From the NCBI GenBank assembly GCA_951406725.2, contig OX597814.1:147250001-147314000 (forward strand): 64,000 nt of DNA, given 5' to 3'. The DNA comes from Octopus vulgaris. Taxonomy: Eukaryota. A program made the translations under genes and the position numbers. The notes beneath the pieces are model-generated. The model made no database searches. It saw only the letters and a program-made list of their open reading frames with translations, and was not told where the DNA came from. This document shows, piece by piece, positions 57,656 to 64,000 of the stretch. Every line of letters starts with the position of its first letter. Position 1 is the first letter of the stretch.

Positions 57656-58355
57656 ACAGGTACTTTATTTTAATTACCCTTAAATGATGATAGCTAAATT
57701 GATCTTGCTTGAATTGAAATGTACATACACACACACTAACACACACGCATACACACACTCACACACACTCTCTCTCTCTCTCTCTCTCTCTCTAACACAC
57801 ACACAACACACACAATAATACTATTTGTGATGCTTAGAGGTAATAAGATATATATTAGTATTGACAAACACAACTAATAGTTAGTTTTAGAATGTTATAC
57901 ATATATTGTCTCTTCAAAGCTCTATAGAGAGGTTTTAATATTGATTTTTTAAAAATATATACTTAAGGGATCTACATAAAATAATAATAATGTAGTTCAC
58001 TTGAGCATTTCAATCACTAATATTGTAATTTCTTTCGTGAACGTCAGAGAAATAGTTATCGTATAAATTAGAAAATCATCTTGAGGTAAGAATATTTCAT
58101 ATGCGAGGAAGGAACAAAGCAGACGTCGACTCCAAAGGAACAAAGCAACCAACACGCATTAACGTCGCTGTGACTCCCAGTGAAACCACTTATAATTCGA
58201 TAACAGCATTATACGTTTAATAAAAACTTATCTATTTCAAGTATTTGAAAGAGCGTTCTACAAAAGCTATGTATATAGTAGATAGAGGTAGTCTCTTAGT
58301 GCAATCACGAACACGACCGTATAGACACACGTGCGTGCACTTAAGCACAGTCTCA

Positions 58356-58735
58356 TCTATTATATAAAATCGTTCTGTCTGTGTGTGTCTTCTAGGATCT
58401 CGGGCATCCTCCATCCGATTGCGCTCAAATATGATACGTAGATACCGATGGTATCAGGGCGTGTATAAGTCTTGAAAAAATTACAAACATCGATTATAGG
58501 TGAGAATGCGATCGATAAAGCTGTGGGAGCGTGCATCAGCTGTTGCGATCGATACTACGCGGGCGTAAGAAAAAGTCTATCTTTATTTCTTCTTTTGCTG
58601 GCGTCTCAAATTTAGGTTAAATCAGTGTTTCACAAAGGGGAGGCCTATGGAACGGTCGGACATTGTTTTGATAAAATTTGGTTTAAATGTTTGACAACTC
58701 AGCACCGTCTATTGGACGTTGGGCGGGGTTGCTCG
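58356..58735 (+). mobile_element. Non-autonomous Helitron-like element
   Basis: Starts A|TCTATTATATAAAA, ends CTCG|T (~CTAG) after a short hairpin cgtctattggacg; no TSD. Confidence 0.55.
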
Positions 58736-60049
58736 TACATATATGTTTAAATATTTGTGTGGGCATATCTACGTGTAAGTGTGCTTCTTTACCGCGTTCT
58801 ATAACACACAAAACGCAAATAACAATTTCAAGCTACTCACTATCCACAGACGTTTCAGGTCAGTCACTTCCTATTTATTTCACCTTCCTTACTGCAACAC
58901 TATTGTTGGTAGAATATCATTGCATTTTTATCTAACAGTATGTATACACGTGTATGTATGTATATTATATATAGGAGCAATGTGTAAATTTGTATGTGAT
59001 GACGTGTGTGAAAGTGTGAGACTATATGTTTATATGGGTCCTTATGTGTGTATACTGAGAATATTACCAATTCATTAACAATAGGGCGATTCAAAATGTA
59101 TTTAACAATCATTAGATTCTAGAAAATGTTGTTTTCAATTTATACTGTTTCCTGAAATCAGAATTTTCAATTTCCATTTAAATCTCTTTCAGCAGATAAT
59201 ACTATGTGTGTGTGTATATATATATTGTTTGACTCGTCTAGGAGGCCATAAGTCAGGGTGAAGATGCACTCATATAACTGTTAATAGAGTGGGTACAGTA
59301 TCCATCATGGCTGGTCAAACCAATCGGTTTCGTGCAAAATATACAATGGAGTGTTAGGCAACTCACCAATTATATAAATACGCTCATCATAGGTAGTCGA
59401 CATGAAAGAGAATATGGCGACTACTCTCCACTGCCGAAGGTGGATTAACACGAGGAGACGGCATCTGTTGTAAAAACGTCGTGATATGATAAAAGGTCCA
59501 GGGGATTTTCCTAGGAGTTATGTCCCTTGGTTAGGTATGTTGTGGAGCCAGCAAGAGTCAACATTGAAGTGGGGAATGTTTGTATTGATAATGTGGTTAC
59601 TCTGCAGGGATGGGGTGTGTGGTGCGTGTAGCGGTGTTATATGTAAAACATTTTCTACGGGTGTTATATATAAAAACTTTTCTAGGGGTGTAGATGTGCC
59701 TAGCGTTGTGTTCTAGTTTCTTTTTGTAAGTATAAAGTTGTGGGGTTTTTAATATATATATAAAAATAATGTGTAATGTATAATGTATTTCTGTAGCGTT
59801 ATATGCGTGAAGGGTGGTGCAGGATAGTTAACTGCGTGGTGTCCGCCTTATGGGGGTGTGCGTATGTGTACATGGGTGCATTGGGAACATTGGTGTATAT
59901 CTTGCAACCGTTTGAATATTCAATAGGTTGCAAGAGGTAGTAAATATTTTAGAAAAAATAGATAAGTAAATGAGTGGAAATGAAACCGATGTGTGTTTTA
60001 AGTAATAACGCACTAAAAGAGAATGACTCCACAAAGAAACAATAATATA

Positions 60050-60095
<46 letters not shown>

Positions 60096-60151
60096 ATGGT
60101 CCAGGAAATAGATGGTAAATATTTTTATTTTTCATTCATCCGAGTTTTATT

Positions 60152-60200
<49 letters not shown>

Positions 60201-60219
60201 ATATATGTATATATATATG

Positions 60220-60262
<43 letters not shown>

Positions 60263-60686
60263 CACATGCATATGTATATTCATATATATGTATACACTCT
60301 CTCTCTCCCTTTCTGTACTCTCACACATATGTTTATATATATGTTTCTACATATATGTGTATGTCTGGACTTAATGAAGGGCAACTCCCTTTATAACGAA
60401 TATTAACTCCGAAAGACGTGTCCACAAGTGTCCACTTGCTCCCAGACAAGCAGATCGCATTTCATTAAATGGGCTGGTAATTTTCTACAGTTTATCATAT
60501 ACATGTTTATTTTCCTTGCCATTTGAAGCTGCTCCCAATTATCACCAAGGGACTGTTCTAAAACCCCTTGTAGTAAACAGAATGTTACTAAAACAAAAAT
60601 ACAAAAATACTTACTCTTTGTTATTTAATATGCCCCTTTATATATATGTGTGTGTGTGTTTGTGTTTGTGTGTGTGAGTATGTATG

Positions 60687-60751
<65 letters not shown>

Positions 60752-60771
60752 ATGTATGTTAACCGTTTAGC

Positions 60772-61170
60772 TTCTCTTTTATTTGTTTCAGTTATTTGAC
60801 TACGGCCATCGTGGGGCACCGCTATGAAGGGTTTTAGTAGAACAAATCGATTCCAGGCCTTTTTTCAAGCCTAGTACTTATTCTTTCTCTCCCTTCTGCC
60901 AAACCGCAAATAGTACGGGGACGTAAACACACCAGCACCGATTCTTAAGAAGGTTAGTGGGGGACAAACACATAAGCGAGGCACACGCGCACACACATAC
61001 AAACACATGTATACGACATACTTCTTTCAGTTTCTGTCTATCTAATCTACTCGCAAGACTTGGTTCGGCTCGAGGCTAATATAAAAGACACATACCGATG
61101 GTGCTACGCAGTGAAACTGGATCCGGAACAATGAGGGATGGAAGCATGCTTCTTACCACCTACCCCTGTC
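60772..61170 (-). mobile_element. SINE family C, diverged full-length copy
   Basis: Collinear with 22195-22596. Confidence 0.85.
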
Positions 61171-61548
61171 TGTACATACATACACACACACACATATATA
61201 TATGTATATATTCTCTTTATACATGTTCTGAAAACTGTTCACAGCCTTTTATTTTTTTATCTAATTCTGTTAATTTTTATATAGATGCATGCTAATACAC
61301 GTCCTACGTTAGAGTCCTCATTCGTATCATTATCGAAGCAGGAACTTAACTATAGTCTGTCCATTGCACTTACTCGGCATTACCTGATACATTTGGGCCT
61401 TCTTGACACCAATACCTCTAATACCCTATATATATATATGTATACACACACACACACACACACACAAAATCGTCATAGCGGCGCCCCACGATGGCCGTAG
61501 TCAAATAACTGAAACAAATAAAAGAGAAGCTAAAAGGTTAACATACAT

Positions 61549-61590
<42 letters not shown>

Positions 61591-61592
<2 letters not shown>

Positions 61593-61819
61593 TCTTTACT
61601 TTTTACTTGCTTCAGTCATTTGACTGTGACCGTACTGGAGCACCGCCTTTAGTCGAGCAAATCGACCCGAGGACTTATTATTTGTAAGCTTAGTACTTAT
61701 TTTATCGGTCTCTTTTTGCCGAACCGGTAAGTTACGGGGACGTAAGCACACTAGTATCGGTTGTCAAACGATATTGGGGGGGGGACAAACACAGGCACAC
61801 AAACATATACTCACGCACA

Positions 61820-61885
<66 letters not shown>

Positions 61886-61981
61886 CATATCTAAGATGGT
61901 CTACTTTCAGTTTCCGTCTACCAAATCCACTCACAATGCTTTAGTCAGCCCGAGGCTATATAGTAGGAGACACTTGCCCAT
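61591..61981 (-). mobile_element. SINE family C, 5'-truncated
   Basis: Collinear with 22200-22520. Confidence 0.88.
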
Positions 61982-62649
61982 GGTGGATGTAGATATGTAC
62001 GTATTTATGTGTCGATGAACTGTTGGCTTTGTGCATAGAGGAAGTAAAATGGAGTAATATATGCATAGAACTGAATGAACGGGTAATAAATACATAGAAC
62101 TAATATTTCTTAAAATCGCTTTAGTATTCATCTTAAAAAGCAACATAAAACGAATGAAAATGTAAACATGGGTATAAATGGGAGGACACTATTTTTAGTA
62201 GCTTAAAGCAACTCATTTTCGACATGAAAGATCTGCTTTTAGAATTAATGTAAATGTGTGCGGGTGCTTCTGTTTGTGTTGGGCACTCCTTTTACACATA
62301 TAGCTTTGCCCGGTCATAGCTTGTTTTAAACTGGAGTTTACATCATTATACAGTACTTATTATATTACACTCTTTATAATTCTATTTATTTTCGATTGAT
62401 GTTTAATATATTATATATTCTTTACATCACTGTTTACATATAAACGCGAACTACGCATAATTACAACCATTTCCTATGCATCTATATACTTACACAGAGG
62501 AACACCAACACAGACAAATATACATATACATACACATATTCATACATACCTACTTACATACATACATATGTTTGCGTGCGTGTGTGTGTATGTATATAAA
62601 AAGATAGAGGAATAAACAGATAGCTGTGTATATATTTATATTATTATTC

Positions 62650-62733
<84 letters not shown>

Positions 62734-64000
62734 GTGTATGTATATATATATATACATACATACATTTATACACTCACATCCTGACAGATACCTATGAATA
62801 CACGCAGACACACCCACACATGCAAACGTACACATGCACGCGCAAGCACGCACACACACACATACACACACATATATATAGTGAGAGACAGGATGAATGA
62901 TGCTGACACACGCAGGCTCATGCGTGTGTCTGTGTGTTCTGTTCATGTTTGTACGCTTCTTATTTTTTTTAAATAAACGAAAGTGCCCTTCATTTATTAA
63001 TGACTATGGATTTCCCTAGTAACTTTCGAGTTGTAGGGTGAATCTTCATTTTTCTCTCCTACATTTTATTAGAATCACTACTTCCACGAAACATATTTTC
63101 ACTTCACCAGTGCACACTGCCCTTCACTTTAACTAGTCGAGTCCCGTTTCTGAACATTGTAACTTCCCAGCATCTATTTTAAATCGTTTTACTAAACATT
63201 TTCATCGCATGATAAAGTGACCTTTTCATTCTGCCCTATCGCCCCAACCAATTCGTGAATAGTTTCTACATTTTCTCTCATTACAGTATTTTTGTACTCC
63301 CCCACCCATCATTAGTCCTCATTATTTCTCATTTTACTTTCTTTCGTTTATCAATTTTTTTTTTATTTGTCATTTGTTTCTTTACTTTTCTTTTAAAAAA
63401 TTGAAATGATGATTTTCTTTTTCTTTTTTTTTTAGAAAAAGCCACAAAGAACATAAATACCAACATCACCAAGTGTTAGCAAAAATTACGGCCGTAATCT
63501 AGCATTCGCAAATTATTGTTTTTAGCAGTCTTTGTTTTATGTCAATGTAGGCCAATGTAATTATATCTTTTAACTTGTCTCTTTCAGTAGCCTAGTTAAA
63601 CGATATGCAAGTACCTTCGTGAAAGTTATAACCGACAGATCAGCGTAGGGCAAGTGTGTATGTTATGTCATATTTATTGTTCAATAGTTACACAAATCCT
63701 GTGTCTCAGATTTCTCTCTCCTATTATTTTTAATCATTTAGTGCGTATAAGCTAAAGCGCGGTCTCGGGGATTCTGAGTATTGTACATACTGATCAATGA
63801 ATCCAATATGCGCAAGACTTTTCACTACATTTGTCAGCCACTAAAAAATAACATATGTAAACTGTTGAAGCGTATCGAACCTAATTTCCGCTGACAACAT
63901 TTAATATTTATCCTACGAGCAAATGATGAACCCGCTATGTAATGCTCGGCTCGATTGAAGTAGCAGCCAATTTAAACACTAGAGATGTATAGGAAGCTAA

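Overview
AT-rich, microsatellite-dense eukaryotic DNA with no host exon I can support. The SINE repertoire suggests an octopus/coleoid cephalopod; this is inference, not verified. The window is almost entirely transposon-derived. It holds a young 5'-truncated R4/Dong-type RLE LINE in an (AAT)n tract, two strand-coherent pile-ups of older relatives, two CR1-like LINEs, four tRNA-derived SINE families, and Tc1, mariner, hAT, Helitron-like and Gypsy remnants plus a Penelope-like (PLE) RT fragment. The most interesting signal is a set of small non-coding elements carrying type I hammerhead ribozyme (HHR) motifs, mostly inserted in (TA)n tracts. One is a ~670-bp retrozyme-like unit with an intact HHR and PLE-style direct plus inverted repeats (35284-35951). 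Another is a tRNA-headed, SINE-like element with an HHR and inverted ends (44140-44488). Five more HHR motifs, one intact and four degenerate, sit in unrelated short elements. Most ORF-track entries are microsatellite or antisense artefacts.
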